Assembly (NCBI GenBank): GCA_000934665.2
Contig: KZ538012.1
Location: 1 to 64,000, forward strand
From: Catajapyx aquilonaris
Taxonomy: Eukaryota
Direction: 5' to 3'
Length of the DNA stretch: 64,000 nucleotides
The translations under genes were made by a program, and so were the position numbers. This document shows positions 26,380 to 40,044 of the stretch, one piece after another; position 1 is the first letter of the stretch, and every line of letters starts with the position of its first letter. The notes under the pieces are model-generated. The model saw only the letters and a list, made by a program, of their open reading frames with translations. It had not been told where the DNA came from and searched no databases.

Positions 26380-26975
26380 ATAGCCGAGACAGTTGTGGTG
26401 TTCGGCAAGTCGTCATAGCTTCTAGGTGAGTTACTATACTCACTTCCCCTTGCACTTCCCCGAAAGTTTCGTGTTCTGCCCTGGGCGGGGAAGGTGATGG
26501 ACCACCATTTTCTTGGACGAGAATGGTGTTGTGCTAGTAGTGTTTATGCCCCCATCGCACCACAATCAGAGGAAGTGAATATGCTGACACAATGTCTACT
26601 GTGCAGCCTGCGGTCTCTGGTCAGTGATCCCGGAAAAACGCCAAGAAAACGTGCCATCATGAGTGTTGTTTCTGCACGACAATGCGAGAGTCTCAGGGTG
26701 GCTGTTATCCTCCAGTATACGGATTCGAAGAGCTTAATCATTTACATACAGTCCGGACCTCGCCCCCAGTGACTTTGATTTGTTTCGTCACTTAAAGAAA
26801 AGTTTTCGAGGACAGGTCCAGAAGACCTTGGGTACCTGATTGGGATGGGGCACTTCAGACTTTTTTCTTCTGGGATCTGTTCTTGCCAAAGGAATAGATG
26901 CATTGAATTATGAGAAGACTATACGTTAAGAACAACAGAGTCCGCAACATTCTTGAATTATGAAACTTCCCTCTC
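26380..26975 (+). pseudogene. Decayed mariner (DD34D) transposase
   Basis: Frameshifted motifs PRKFRV...AGKVM, WDENGVVLVVFMP, VLFLHDNAR, YSPDLAPSDFDLFRHLKKSFRGQ. Confidence 0.88.
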
Positions 26976-28457
26976 ACTGTAGATCTGAACAGAAAATACA
27001 AGTAGAATACAAGTTATTTGATACTCCACTCTGATAGTATAAGACTATGGCGGGATGTAACTTATACGGTATATTTATTCCAAACATGAAATGATTACTG
27101 CAAGTATACAAGATTCCCACTTCCCACACAGTGGTCATTTCTGGGTCATTTCATGGGTCTCTGCCATCATTATCTCTTGTTATTGTTTCGTGCATTGTAT
27201 ATTATACTGTATAGAGTGAAACCTGTGTATATCGGATACTCTTTTTTCACGATTATTTGCCTTTTTGAACAGGTTTCCTTTAAATACTATGATAAAGATA
27301 CTATAAGCTTCAACACTGAACACATTTTTAAGTAACTTAATTGAGAAGTTCCTGCAGTGTCTAGCGTTCTTTCCAGTCAGGCTTCACTGTCCTGATGTTT
27401 TCTGGACTTAACACTTCATTATTTTGTCAAAATTTTTATTAAGCTATAGGCTAGGCCACAAAACAATATTGTAACAGTATAACTGTTATACTGTGAGAGT
27501 TGCAAAGCAAATCCTATACAGTTCATTGCATATGAGAGAATTAACACGAAGCCTTACATCAACATTGCCACAACCCAAATTGATTAATTATAATTAATGA
27601 TTAATGATTTACTTTTCAACTCATGGTACAGTACTTACAAGAGAATAACGAGTAAGGAAGGTGAACGTACAGTACTACCTACATTTCTTGCACATATGCC
27701 TATGCCAGTGTGAATTAATCAGACGCGAATCTTAGCTGCTCACTCACTTCCTCCGGTTCCATATGTGACGTCAGGCAGGCTGTTAGATCTATTCTTCACA
27801 ACCTCCTGGTGCGTCGCTCTGGTCACCGTCGTTCAACCACGATGTTCATCTATACGGACCGTGACCATCTCAGGATGTCTCAACTGTCGACAACTGGTGA
27901 CGCTTCTTCCCCTTATCTTCGACCCGTCTCACCTCCAGTTGAGGCTACATCAACGTGGTCTTCAAGGGCGCTGATGTTACAGTTCACGAATCAGCGGAGA
28001 TCTGCGATTCTGATTGGGAGTTGGGAGTATTAAATCACCATACTCACTCCCCTGCTGTTGACGTCTTGTGGTCCGGGTGTATATCTCGGAATTCTTCTAC
28101 TCTTCTCCTCTGGTCTCTGGACCGTTCCGATGACTGACTGCTCTTCTAGCTCCCTCTGCTTCTCAGGTCCTTTGGGTCTGTATGGCCTCTGGAGGCTCTG
28201 GCCCATTCTGGCTTCCTGCTGCATGTCTTATCTGCTCTGGACTGTCTTCTGCTTCCTCTGCTTATTCTAGCTTCTCTCCACCCTCGCCGTTGCCAACCAC
28301 CACAGCCGGGCCGGTTTGATTGGGTAGCTACTGCTTTAATGGCCCTGAGGCCACCTTGGCACATCGAACTGTGACAATCAGCCTCTAACATTAGGTGGAA
28401 AGACATTTTTAAAATGAGCCGTGGGGCATTTTATTTTGCCTGCAATAAAAATAATGT

Positions 28458-28717
28458 ACCGAAGCAGGTTGGTGTAGGGGATAAGGAGCCCGCCTGATAA
28501 TCGGGAGGTCCTGGGTTCGAATCCCGGGGCCGGCGACCCTGACCATAGTTTTCTGTGGTTTTCCGTGGTCCCCCCAGGACAATTCCGGGGTCGTTTCCGT
28601 AAAAATAGGCCGCTTCCTTCCTTCCCCATCCCTGGTCCCATTCAATGGTGGTAATCCACCCCCCTAAGGGAGCCAAAGGCTCTAGTACGGGGTATGAATA
28701 AATAAATAAATAAATAA
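28458..28717 (+). mobile_element. tRNA-derived SINE family A, copy 1
   Basis: ACCGAAGCAG head with B box GGTTCGAATCC, body GGTTTTCTGTGGTT..CCAGG..AATTCCGG..GGCCGCTTCCTTCC, (AATA)n tail, 13-bp TSD ATAAAAATAATGT. Confidence 0.93.
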
Positions 28718-30107
28718 ATAAAAATAATGTTTAAGCAGTAAAAAGGGCAAATTAGATCACAGTTAATGACACTGTTGTCTGATAGGAAAAGTATTATCGG
28801 TTAATATTAGGCCGCATCATATTTCTAAGCATGTTTTGAATTGCAATGAATATCCGATGAGGAATGACCCATCTCGCTGTTGGTAAAGTAGCATAATCAC
28901 ATCATGCTTCTTTTTTTGTTACGGAACTTTACATAATTATTGTATGTTACTCCATCGCACACAATGAAGACATTGGATTGTTGCAAATTACTATCTGACT
29001 GTGTTGGCGGTAGGAGGAACCCGTAACGCATTCCGAACCTGCACACAAAAGGAGAACTATATTCGCACCTCCATCCTCCTACCATATCCATGTTAAAGGA
29101 TAGGAATTACGTATGAACTAGGCGAAGTGGCAGAGCGGCACAGCGGTAAATTTGCTCCCACACTACGGTTAGGACGGTTTCAGGGTCGTTCGTGCGGAGT
29201 TGGATTTGGCCGTGTTCTTCTCTGGTGAAATTGCTGCTATACTACACATTATTTAACTACGTATACTATACCCCCGGCGAACTCACGAAATGGACGCTTT
29301 CTGACATGGCACTTGCACTTGCACCTCCCCCTCTCAGTAACTCCCTCGTTGGTGGTATTGACGTTACCGAAGAGGAAAGAAAATATCCGGTGCCAGTCAA
29401 AATAACGTATATAGCTACCGTAAATAATTATGCTTTTTTGACAAATTAATTTTGAATTTTGACTGATGGATGTTAAAACTCTGGAAAAAATTAAGCGTAG
29501 GCTACAAATGTAACAGATGCTTACATGCTGTGAGTAACAATCGCTTTTACTAGCGTAAAAATGTTTCACTAGTTAGACTGCGAATGGTTTGCCGTATCAG
29601 GAGCGTAGAATTCATGTCTGCTTCCTGTCCGCTTCCAAACCGCCCAAAGTCCGTCGCGTTGAACTTCTGCGATCCCACACCGCTCATCCGCCGCGCCGTC
29701 CGCCGAGAAACCGCGGAATTTGTGAATTTCCGCCGAGTCGCTCACAAACCATTCCCTAAGGTGCCACCCATTTCCCGCCCCGTTCACTTTCCTCCGAATT
29801 TGTGAAACAGCCGTAATAGTGGCCTGGATGGCGACACTTCATCGACCCAGAATAGAGTGTGTGCCTTTGATGAGCCACGCTCAAGTCGGTTACAGCCCTA
29901 CTTGTGGGCAAGACGCGGTGGGCTTGTGACTTCGTACTCTGTGCTCGGGAAATAAGTATGTTGGTGGGAACTACGGTGTAAGTGGCTTGGACCCGGGAGA
30001 CATGATCCTTGAAAATACTTGACGCAAGATGCAGACACACCGAATATCGAGTTTCCTTTGGGTCTCACATCTTACATGTGGTATGAAGAATATTACGTAT
30101 ACTGTAT

Positions 30108-30370
30108 GTGACACGGTAGCGGAGTGGTTAGAGCCGCAGCCTTCCACCTCTGAGGATCCGAGTTCGATCCCCGGATCAGACTGAGGATACTTATGTGGAA
30201 AGAGTTTGGTTGGGTTCTCTCCAGATTCGCGTGGGTTTTCTCGGGGTTCTCCCGTTTCCTCCCACAATCAAAACCCATCGGAGTACAGTCAAATGATTAA
30301 AATGGGGTAATTAAAAGGTGGTCCCCTAAAAGGCCCAAGGAGGCCTATCACTGGGTATCAATTATATTAT
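30108..30370 (+). mobile_element. tRNA-derived SINE family B (V-domain-like), copy 2
   Basis: Collinear with 16089-16349: CTTCCACCTCT, GTTCGATCCCC, GGATACTTATGTGGA, GCGTGGGTTTTCTCGGGGTTCTCCCG, tail CCCTAA..GGCC..GGCCTATCAC.GG.TATC. Confidence 0.92.
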
Positions 30371-30550
30371 AGTATCGCCAATAAATACTGACTTTCTACT
30401 TGGAATCGCAGCTCTAAAAAAGGGAATCTATGAAGGGAGTTTATTATTGTGGCAAGTAGTGTATTATGTGTATTACCCACAATGATACAGCCCAAGAAAA
30501 AATGAGGCATACCAGATCAGAGGCAGCCAAGTCCACAATAGGTGAATGTA

Positions 30551-30692
30551 CTATCGGGTTCAAATACTGTTGGCCACTTTATCCTGGTCTTGAAGCAACC
30601 CTTCGCACAGACCCCACGTTAAGGAGGCGTATGTGTGTGAAGGGTTGCTTCAAGGCCAGGATAAAGTGGCCAAAAGTATTTGAACCCGATAG
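30551..30692. mobile_element. 142-bp near-perfect hairpin MITE, TA TSD (mariner-like)
   Basis: TA|CTATCGGGTTCAAATACTGTTGGCCACTTTATCCTGG...CCAGGATAAAGTGGCCAAAAGTATTTGAACCCGATAG|TA; arms about 60 bp. Confidence 0.92.
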
Positions 30693-30750
30693 TACATCTT
30701 CCCCGTGCCGTGAGCCAAAACCAAAGGAACCAACACTACTGATTCTGAGA

Positions 30751-31442
30751 AGAGGTCAAATCATAAAATTCCGACCTCACCGATTTTATTGAAATTCGGT
30801 GCATTGACATAATTATGCCCCCCTCCAATAGGGTCATTTCGAGCAGGTAACTACTGTATAGGTGCGTTTTCATCAGTTGGGGTGGGCTACCAATGCACCC
30901 GAATTTCAAGAACATCGGTGAGGTCGGAATTTTATGAATTGACCTCTGCCCTCCTCACAAATGGGTCATTTTGATCAGGTGACTTTATTATTGATATTAA
31001 GGAGGTTGGCCCAGCATTGCCTTTCAACCTCCAAGGATAGGGAAGGAAGGAAGCGGCTGTGGCCTATTATACGGAAGCAACCCCGGAATTATCCTAGAAA
31101 GACCGTGGAAAACCACAGAAAACCACGGTCAGGGTTGCCGGCCCCGGGATTCGAACCCAGGACCTCCCGATTAGCAGTCGGACGCCCTATCCACTATGCC
31201 AACCTGCTTCGGTTTGATCAGGTGACTATAGGTGCGTTTTTCATCCCTTGGGATGGGCTACCAATGCACCGAATTTAAAGAAAATGGGCGAAGTTGGAAT
31301 TTTACTAGTTGAAAAATGTCGAAATGTCGATGTTGAAAAAGTTGACAGGGCAAATCTCAAGACATCATATGATGTCCGTAGGCCCTGCAGGAATGTGTGC
31401 TCGGACATCATATTATGATGTCCGTAGTCGTCAAAGGGTTAA
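30751..31442. mobile_element. Composite DNA-element remnant (inverted plus tandem subrepeats) ending in a piggyBac-like terminus; interrupted by a SINE
   Basis: Inverted repeat 30751-30947; a second direct copy of the unit resumes after the SINE (31228-31305); duplicated palindromic GACATCATA..TGATGTCCGTAG and terminal AAAGGG|TTAA at 31433-31442. Confidence 0.6.
30985..31212 (-). mobile_element. SINE family A, copy 2 (distinct 3' tail)
   Basis: Same head and body as the other A copies; perfect 15-bp TSD TTTGATCAGGTGACT (30970-30984, 31213-31227). Confidence 0.94.
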
Positions 31443-31665
31443 GGCACTCCACACAAGTCTGAGTTAACCTTTATGTTTAAATTTATTTATTGGCGATGCA
31501 CGGATAATCCACACCTGGATAATCGCGAATACAATACAGAAACAGTGAAATGCAGTGAAACACGCCTCTTTATTATTTTAGGGTCGGTATAGCCCCTAAG
31601 ATTGCAGTGCAGTGTAGTGAGTGAACGGTACCTTTTCAAAAATTAATTTTCCCAACATCTTGCTC

Positions 31666-31794
31666 AGCCGTGCGAATAAGAAGAGGTAGGCCTTGGGTGA
31701 CGTCACCGGCTGGAGGTCAATGGAGAAAAGGCTTGTCCCCCAGCCGGTGACGTCACATAAGGCCTACCATTTCTTTCTCGCATGGCTCGCACTC
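31666..31794. mobile_element. Truncated copy of the palindromic MITE at 62028-62291
   Basis: AGCCGTGCGA.TAAGAAGAGGTAGGCCTTG.GTGACGTCAC...CAATGGAGAAAAGGCTTGTCCCCCAGCC.GTGACGTCAC is shared with 62109-62235. Confidence 0.88.
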
Positions 31795-32842
31795 CTACTT
31801 GTCTGAGAGCACTACCGGTCTTAACGTCCGTACCGTGGTCTCGACCACGGTCTCGACTGAAGGCCTTGCAACGCGGCTGTCGCTCATGACGTTCTCCCTA
31901 TACCTACGATGCGTGGAAGCCAAGTAGGCAAAATTGCAGTGTTTCTTTGACCTCATGATTTTCAAATTAATTCGGGCATGTTACATAATTTTACATTGCG
32001 ATTGTTAAAAAATTATAACATGCTCCCAACTACACAATGTCACATTTTTGTTTTAAATATATGAGGGAACCGTTTGAAGGTCCAAAATAGATTTTTGGTA
32101 TGTTGTAATTTTGCAATATGAGAGAGGGGTTCAACTCAGTCTATTCTTTGACTCACATAAATACAAAATCAATCTTTTCTGGGCGGGAGAATATAGAAGG
32201 GGCCAAGGGTTCGTGACTGAAGGGTTCCTGGAAAATGGTAACTATGTTTTCTCATATATAAAAGCCTTGAAAACTGATGGGCCACAGCCAAAATTATGAA
32301 AAAGTATTGCATATGAACAAATTTGGCTAATATTATTTCATTTTGGCGTTTTCGTCCATACTACCTAATTTAACTTATTAAAAAGGCAATTTTCTAGAAT
32401 TTTTCTTTTGCAATTTAACCCCTTGCAGCTTTTAGCTACAGACTACTGTACCTTGCCGTACACTCGACCGTGTAGCGACATGTGATTGGTAAATGCTGAA
32501 AGTGATGGGCTCACACTGCACTACCACCGAGGACTGTGTCACGTTCTTCTTTTGGGGACAACCCACCTCGGATGCAGCATATACGTGCGTGAAATCACGA
32601 TCGGGATTCAAACAGGGCACCAGAGTGTTTGTGGCGGGGGAGGGAGGACTTGTAGGAGGGGCGGCAGTGTTACCCAACTACGGTAGGAACAAAAGTGTGT
32701 AGAGTGTATACCAAGAGGAAAATGCGCGGTCGTCATGGCGACGGCCAGCACCGACGGCGACGGCGCCTGGGGTTCTCCAGTCCGCCGCACAACACCCCCT
32801 AAACCCCCTAAACGGAATAATGGTGAAGGGGGAGGGGGGGGG

Positions 32843-32880
32843 NNNNNNNNNNNNNNNNNNNNNNNNNNNNNNNNNNNNNN
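32843..32880. other. Assembly gap (38 N) between a G-run and a C-run
   Basis: N run in the sequence; single Ns also occur at 33962 and 60292. Confidence 0.99.
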
Positions 32881-35127
32881 CCCCCCCCCCCCCCCCCCCT
32901 TCCTCCCCGTCTCTCGTAACAATCGGTTCTCACTGGAGTGGGTGCTTGTGTGAGTGATTGTGTGCACTAAGTTATTGTCAGGATATATTTTTACTAGATC
33001 CGGTTCTATGCTTTGTGACTAGTTTCATTTTGTGTACATGCTATACGGATTGAAACTAGTCAGCATGAGATTATATTGCTCTGCACTAAGTTTTTTTTCA
33101 TGCGTGAAGTCTTAATGATGCCATGAAATACACCAGGTGCTTTGTTACTGGTTTAATTACCAAGCTAGCATCAGAATACAAGTGTAATTGTTATATGCAA
33201 TGTGGAACCTTTTGTTTCGATAACAAAGCTGGCCGAAGGTACTCAAATGGGGAAGTGCCCCTGATACATTCTGTGTAGCAACAAAATTATGCGAGAAACG
33301 TCAGGGAGAAACAATATGACGGTGAATACCGTGGCTTTTTTTCGCGATATGGTTAATGGCATTGTTCTACAGCATGGTGTTGACGAAGAGATTCACTTAA
33401 ATTACAACACCAGATTTGGAAATGATTTAGTGGGCTCGGAGAGTACTAGTAATTTCAAAATGAGGCAATATGTATTGGACATCATAGCCCGTAACATTCT
33501 GAACAATAATTCATTGCCTCATGTAGCGAGAAATTTTTGCTGGTATTAAAATAACACCGCTCTTACTTAAAATAAATTGCGCTAACCTGCTAGTTGCACA
33601 TCATTTTGTTGCACCTTATGCGGTATATTTTGCACAAGTCTTTTGAATAATTGAGATGCATTGATCAAAATCATGCTGGACGCGGAGCAGTAGCTTCCGG
33701 AGGATAAACGATGCCATTAAACGTTAATGATTCACTGCAATAACCCTTCCTGTACAAGCACTAAATTGCAGCGAGTCTGATGTGTGAAAATTGGATCCTT
33801 ACTTGAACAATGCGAGACTCGAACAAAGCGTGGAACTTGAGAAAAGCTGATGTGGTCACGTCCACTTTGGGGAATAAGTGGGCCTGTAAATTATTCCTCA
33901 AATAGTGAATGATGAATGCACGGATATAAGGAAGGTTCTGTATAAAGTCCGACATATAACCNCCCCCCCCCTAAGCATATCTCCCCTTCATCTTTTTAGA
34001 AATTTTTTTAAAAATGTCGTAGAAGTTTGAAAAAAAAAGCCTATCAACCTAATATCCAACCTCACCCTGCCTTGCACTCTCCAGAAAACACCCGGTGAAG
34101 GGAAGCGAAAAGTGTGTTGAGTTTGGTGTTGAGGTGACCCTGTGAAGAGGAGGGAAATGGACCAGTTGGGCAGCAGAGAAAAGTGTTCCCAGACTGGATA
34201 CATCATCACAAAAGCCCGCCCGAGCCCGCTTCTCACGCTCTGATCGTTGCCGAGGTAGTCATTTTTCTGTCCATATTTCCATCAAGGCCATACATTACAT
34301 TCTATTGTAGTATTTTGAAACCCTTTCCTTATTCTGATATGTCATAATTTTATGCAAAGTTTGTTTTACAACAATACACATGATGATATTGGCGCTTGAT
34401 AGTGTTATACACAACAATTAAGTTGCCACTTTTGATGTGTCGCAAATCGGCTCTTGTAATCACTGTATCAATACAGAGCTTCAATTGTCAGTAAATACCC
34501 AGTAGTTTCAAAATTGATTACGTTAATTATACCAAGGTAATTACTGGCTGGCAATTATACATTTAAAAAATACAATATTTTTTTAGTGAAGGTGATACAT
34601 TTGCGTCGTATTTTTAACCAACTTTAAAAGGCCCTATTGGTACATTTTGTAATTTTCTGGGCGGCTGCTGATTGAAGGCAATATTGTACGCTGCACTTTA
34701 ATGAGCATAAGAGCCTCAGGCAAAAAAACGTTGTATACCGCGAATATTTTCACCTCTTGTGGTATTATGGCAGCACGTACTCCGGAATAGTAAATAGGTT
34801 TTAAAAGTGGACGAAAAAATGTTATTCGCGTATACATTCAAGCAAGGCTTTTTATACCTGGAAAAACTGGAAGGTGTTTTTCGCTGTCTTAATCAAGTTA
34901 ATAGTGTACGATCATGCTAAAATTATTTTAAGGGTCTTAAAATTAGGGCAAGCGAAAGGTGGGATTTCTATCTCTAATTTTGGAGTCTTATCGATTTAAT
35001 ACGTAGCCTAACTTACATAGAGTTGGATGCCGTACAATTGTGACGGGGGATTATAGACCACGGGGTAAAGAGAAAACCCCAAAATTTGGAGAGAAACAGA
35101 AGTGAATTCCCATAGGCATCTGACTAT

Positions 35128-35258
35128 ATATCCTCCTGAGACCCCTGGTACAGTATACTGTACCTTTGTTTTTTCCAGCACCTTCTGACTAACTCAAACG
35201 CGTAAAAAAAACAAAAACAAAGGTACAGTATACTGTACTCCGGGTCTCAGGAGGATAT
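35128..35258. mobile_element. Short hairpin MITE
   Basis: ATATCCTCCTGAGACCC..GTACAGTATACTGTACCTTTGTTTT ... AAAACAAAGGTACAGTATACTGTAC..GGGTCTCAGGAGGATAT. Confidence 0.8.
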
Positions 35259-35869
35259 GTTAATAATGAAGGTAAAAGTTTCGGTTATAAGCCTACGTAT
35301 CAGCAAAATCAGGATGATTATACTTATAGGTTTGCATTTTTTTTCTGGGAGATTCGTAGGCTAATTGACAGTGCAAGTAGGCTATAAGGCTTGACAACAA
35401 TAATTATTACAAACATACCTTTAGCTAACTTCGAAAAAATTTCTTGCGAAACAAATAAATTATTTTCGTTATACAAAAAAATATATTGTGAATCCTCGGC
35501 CGGAACCAAGCCAAATTCCGCTCAATCCAGGGTCCGCTGTAGACAGATTTTGCCGATTTTACTGTAGGAAGTATGGTACATTCCATGTTGGTGATATATA
35601 CGGTATATATTCGACAGTTTAGGCCTACTGTATACAAAATATCTTGAAGGAAGTTGATTTTGTGTAAAAATGTGGAAAGGTGGGTTCGAGAAAAAGTCTT
35701 TTTTTTGCGATCGTTCATTCGGGTCATGATATATTTTATGAAGCAGGCTAACAAATTCGTGACCAGGTCTTACAGTTACACCACTTGTTACTTTGCGATT
35801 CATGAAAGATAGGAAGATCGCAAAAATAGGCAATCAATTTCTCTTTAATATAAATTTCGATGAAATATT

Positions 35870-36213
35870 TTTAAAATTATTTTGTGATTTTACCCTGTTA
35901 TGTTAGAGAGAACAGTCCTTTTTTGGGGGTGGAATACCACCATTTTAGACAATTTTTCTAGTTTTTTGTCGAACACCATGCAAGGACGTAGGGTAAGAGG
36001 ATAGGGATTTTTGGGGAGGAGACACAGGTGCAGGTGCATTGTCGGAAAATTGGGTCATGTGCAGTCTCCCTGGAGGTAGGTTGCCAGACGCTTCCAAGGC
36101 ACGGGTCAGAGACCCTCCTGGCACAGTCGAAAGGGAACTCCCGGGTTAGGATCGAACCCGGGACCTTTCGATCAGCAAGCAGAGCCGTTACCAACTCGGC
36201 CACCACGCCTCCC
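35870..36213 (-). mobile_element. SINE family C, copy 2
   Basis: Head TGGCCGAGTTGG...GGTCCCGGGTTCGATCC; homologous to 22057-22408; probable TSD AATTTC(G/A)ATGAAATATT with one mismatch. Confidence 0.87.
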
Positions 36214-37627
36214 AATTTCAATGAAATATTGAATATGCAACGAAATTTTAAAAGAAACGTGACTATAGTTTCAAGCTTCACAATAATCTGGATGCGAGGG
36301 CAAATTTAAACACCGATTATGATACTTATTGGCTCTGCTTTAATGCATTTAAGAATTTGACGGCGGTTCTGTCAAGTTGTATTATAAGACGTGCTGAGTT
36401 CCCGGCGGGAAACGTAGAGAAAATATTGATTGCCATTTCCGCGAATCCGCGATTTGTAAATCACCGTCTTAGAGTATTTCTTCTGAGAAATCTTATGACC
36501 GCGGCTGTTATTATTGTTTCTGGAAAAAGGCATATCAATTATTCTAAGCACCTTTTTATTTTCTTCGAATTAGTTCAGTAGATTGTAGTCATTCTGGGAG
36601 AATTAAAATATGGGGAATACCTCATAGGCCTCAGCCTTATTTGAACGAATAATATACGGTACATTATGAACATATCAATTCACATTTTAGTCACGGTATT
36701 ATAAATGCTTGGGCCCACTTTTTGTGTCTCACAGTTAGTGCATTATCATACTTATTATTATTAATGGCATCAAGTGTTATAAGCGCCACCTAATGATGGT
36801 GTTGTTGCTTTTCGTGATATAAAGTATTTATATGATTATTCCTGAAGAGCTGTTTTTTCTGTAGCTATTTTTAGAAGAATGGATACGGTACTTCATGAAT
36901 TGCAAGTTGCACATAGTAACCACATTATTATGTTCCACGGGTCTCGAACTTCCCATGGGGCTACTGAACACCGCTTTTCATGCTTTAGGGGACTGCGGGA
37001 TTCTGCGGAATTAAATAACATAAAGAGGATATTGTTGCAGAGAGAACGCAGAGGGAGAAAGCGAGGAAGGGGGTTTCCAGCTTCCATATTGGATTTTTTT
37101 TTTGTCTGTTGTATTTGTATGTTATGTCATAGTGCCAATCGGCAATATGCCAGCCAGGAATGCTATGCCGGTTCTGTTCTTGTCACATACAAAATAATAT
37201 TGTGGCACATTATTTTGCAACATTTAATGCATAGTAATTTTCTGAACTATATCCCGTGTGACATCGTCTGTGCTTCACAAGAGTATGCAGCCAGTATAGC
37301 TTTCCAATATTAGCCGGTTATGGGGATTCTTTGATACATATTGCAAGACTACACTCTACATCTGCTCTACATAATTTTTGATTGGGAAGAGCCCGGGGAC
37401 ACCCCCTTCATCTCGTGCAGAATTTGGTCGTCTCTGGCTTCGTCTCGAGTGGAATTTCCATAGATTAATCCACCCGGGGGAGCTCACAAAATGACATTAG
37501 CAACGACATTGCACTGCACTTTGCACATCTTCTCCTGTCATCCTGCCCGTGGGTCCGGACGCTTCTAAAATGGTTCCAATGTGTACGCGTACGCAATGTA
37601 CGATTAAAACAATAAAGTTCCGTCCGT

Positions 37628-37897
37628 ACCGAAGCAGTGGTGGCGGAGGGGATATGGTATCCGACTGCTAATCGGGAGGTCCTGGGTTCGAATCCCGGTG
37701 CCGGCAACTCTAACCGTGGTTTTCTGTGGTTTCCCACGGTTCCCCCAGGAGAATTCCGGAGTTGTTGCCTAAACTAATAGGCCACAGCCGCCTCCTTCCT
37801 TTCCTATCCTATTCCAAAAAGCGCAGTAAAAACGAAACGAAGAGTTCCAGTCAAAAAAATCCCCCCTAAAGAGTCGCCGGCTGATAACGGGGTATGA

Positions 37898-37966
<69 letters not shown>
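37628..37966 (+). mobile_element. SINE family A, copy 3, with (TTA)n tail
   Basis: ACCGAAGCAG head, CTGCTAA loop, B box, body, tail ...GGCTGATAACGGGGTATGAA(TTA)n. Confidence 0.94.
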
Positions 37967-40044
37967 GATTGGAAAGTCTCATTACGCAGTGACGTTCTCA
38001 AGTAAATTAAGTTACAGGGAATATTTTTAAAATGCGCTAACAATGCAATATATGTGAGGGATCTAGCCATTTACATAATACTACATCAAAATTTATTTTC
38101 TGGGTAATAGCGACTTGCAGCTAAAAGTAATTATATGGTATATTTAGGCCTTGGAATAGGCCCGGGAATAGCCTCCCTTCCCACATTATGCGGGAGTCAC
38201 TGACCATCCCTGCATAGTGGTTCCACTTGCAGTTTAATATGAAGCTCCAAATAGGTGGTGGTCTAGTCACAGCAGCATGTTAACATTGGTTACTGACAAT
38301 TTAGAGGTTTAGTGAATTTTGAACAAATGCGGATAATTAAGAAAATATCTAAATTTGCTTAGAAGTCAGTGAATTGGAACGAATCTTAACTTTTTTTTTA
38401 AGTATTCTAATGAGGCTCGGCAAAAAATTAAGCACAGTTAAGATCCTGAACACTCTTGGAAGATTATAGTTGACAGTGCTAGAGTGCAAAATTTGACTTT
38501 GATATGCGAACTCTTGCCATGCTGGCTATTTTTAGCCTCGCCCTTTTTGGCTGAGATAATAAATCTTACATTTTATGCATGACCAAGTAGGCATGATGAC
38601 CTTACGAATATAGGCTCCATTCCTTTCAAAAATATAGGCCCGTATGTTGTTATCTAAAGGCAGGTATTCTTGAAGCATCGCTCAGTAAAGTTGAGCAGAA
38701 AGTGACGATAATCTCTCTTCATCTTTGTTTCAATGGTATGATCCCCCATCCAAGTCTGCGGAGCAGGGAACGACTTGATGGGGGATTAATGACATTGTTG
38801 TGCGCCGCATTAGACCCCTTTGTATGCCGTCTAAGGGCTCCCTGTGATCCTTATTTGCACGGCCAATTGGGCCTGCTTTCACGCCAATGTGATCCTTATC
38901 CCCCCCTCCGGCGTACACCGGTATAGCGCATCAGCAGCACAATGCGTATACCTTCACATTAGTCAGCTCATTTTGGGGACTATTTGCTCCAGTTGAAAGG
39001 GCAAAGATGCAAATTTCTGCCAGAGATATCCGGGGACATTTTGGCAACCTTGTGCACTCTCCTATGTCTGTTAGCCAAGCAAGGTAGTCAAAAGCTCTGA
39101 AATATTTGGTATTCCCATAGTAACTGGGTCATGCGATTAGAGATGCATATTTCAAAGTTGGGCCATCTCTTTTATGGATCCACGCAAATACTGGAGCGCC
39201 CCCGACAGTCGTTTCTGAGTGTACAAATTGTCAAAGGAAAGGGTTCAATATTTAATGTATACCCTTTTTAAAAAGCCATCTCCAATATAAGCAATTTATG
39301 ATTGCTAGCTTTCACTCGTTTCCTCTCATTTTTTTATCAACCTATACGTGGGTGTTCCGGTGGACTATACCTGACCTATGGCCGGTCTTAGGTAATGGAG
39401 AAAAGCCATGTTTCTCACACTGCAAGTCGATCGATCAGCTAAATTCAGATATCGATAGGTGTACCGCATGCCTTGAATTGGCCTCCTTTGTCCGTGCAGA
39501 TTTAATCGTCTCTGAAATGAAACTCTTTGAATTTGGTTTGCTTGTGCTTTTGCTTCACCTACCTTAATACTCTCTCTGTCTTTCTCTTAAAAATATTTCT
39601 TGTAAAGCTCTATATTTGTGGGCTGGCACCCGAGGCCACAAAACCCACGCCGTGGTTTGGAATTTCGTCGCACCACACCAGTCCCAGACTAAACCCATCT
39701 TGCGAGATCCTCAGGCGGAATCATTCCATACATTCTAAAGAGAATCCTTAAAAGCGGGAAGAAGGACGGGAACTTAATCTAGCAGTCAGAATAGTCGAAT
39801 ATCATGGATAAATATTGCAATTAGTCAAAACTTTTGGAGTTCGACATAACAATAATTAATTGGTCTGTACGTTCCATTTAAGTAACCCATTGGATTAAGT
39901 TACTGGCACATCCTCTCATTAATTCTGGATTGTGCTATAAATATTAAACAAAAGTTCTTGTTGTTTCAACATGGAATTACGTCTGGGAATTATATACACT
40001 GATTCTTATGCGGTCTAAGCTTAGTGATCATGTAATATACAATA

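Noticed and set aside
27765..28406. GC-elevated segment with several short ORFs
   Set aside because: Looks like an old retroelement fragment, but I could identify no motif, so it cannot be assigned.
31130..31212. tRNA-Ser(GCT)-like cloverleaf (also at 37628, 49720, 57300) and tRNA-Gly(TCC)-like sequences at 16275 and 30108
   Set aside because: These are SINE heads: mismatched acceptor stems, no long Ser variable arm, anticodon differing between copies (GAT at 28458), each followed by a SINE body, tail and often a TSD.
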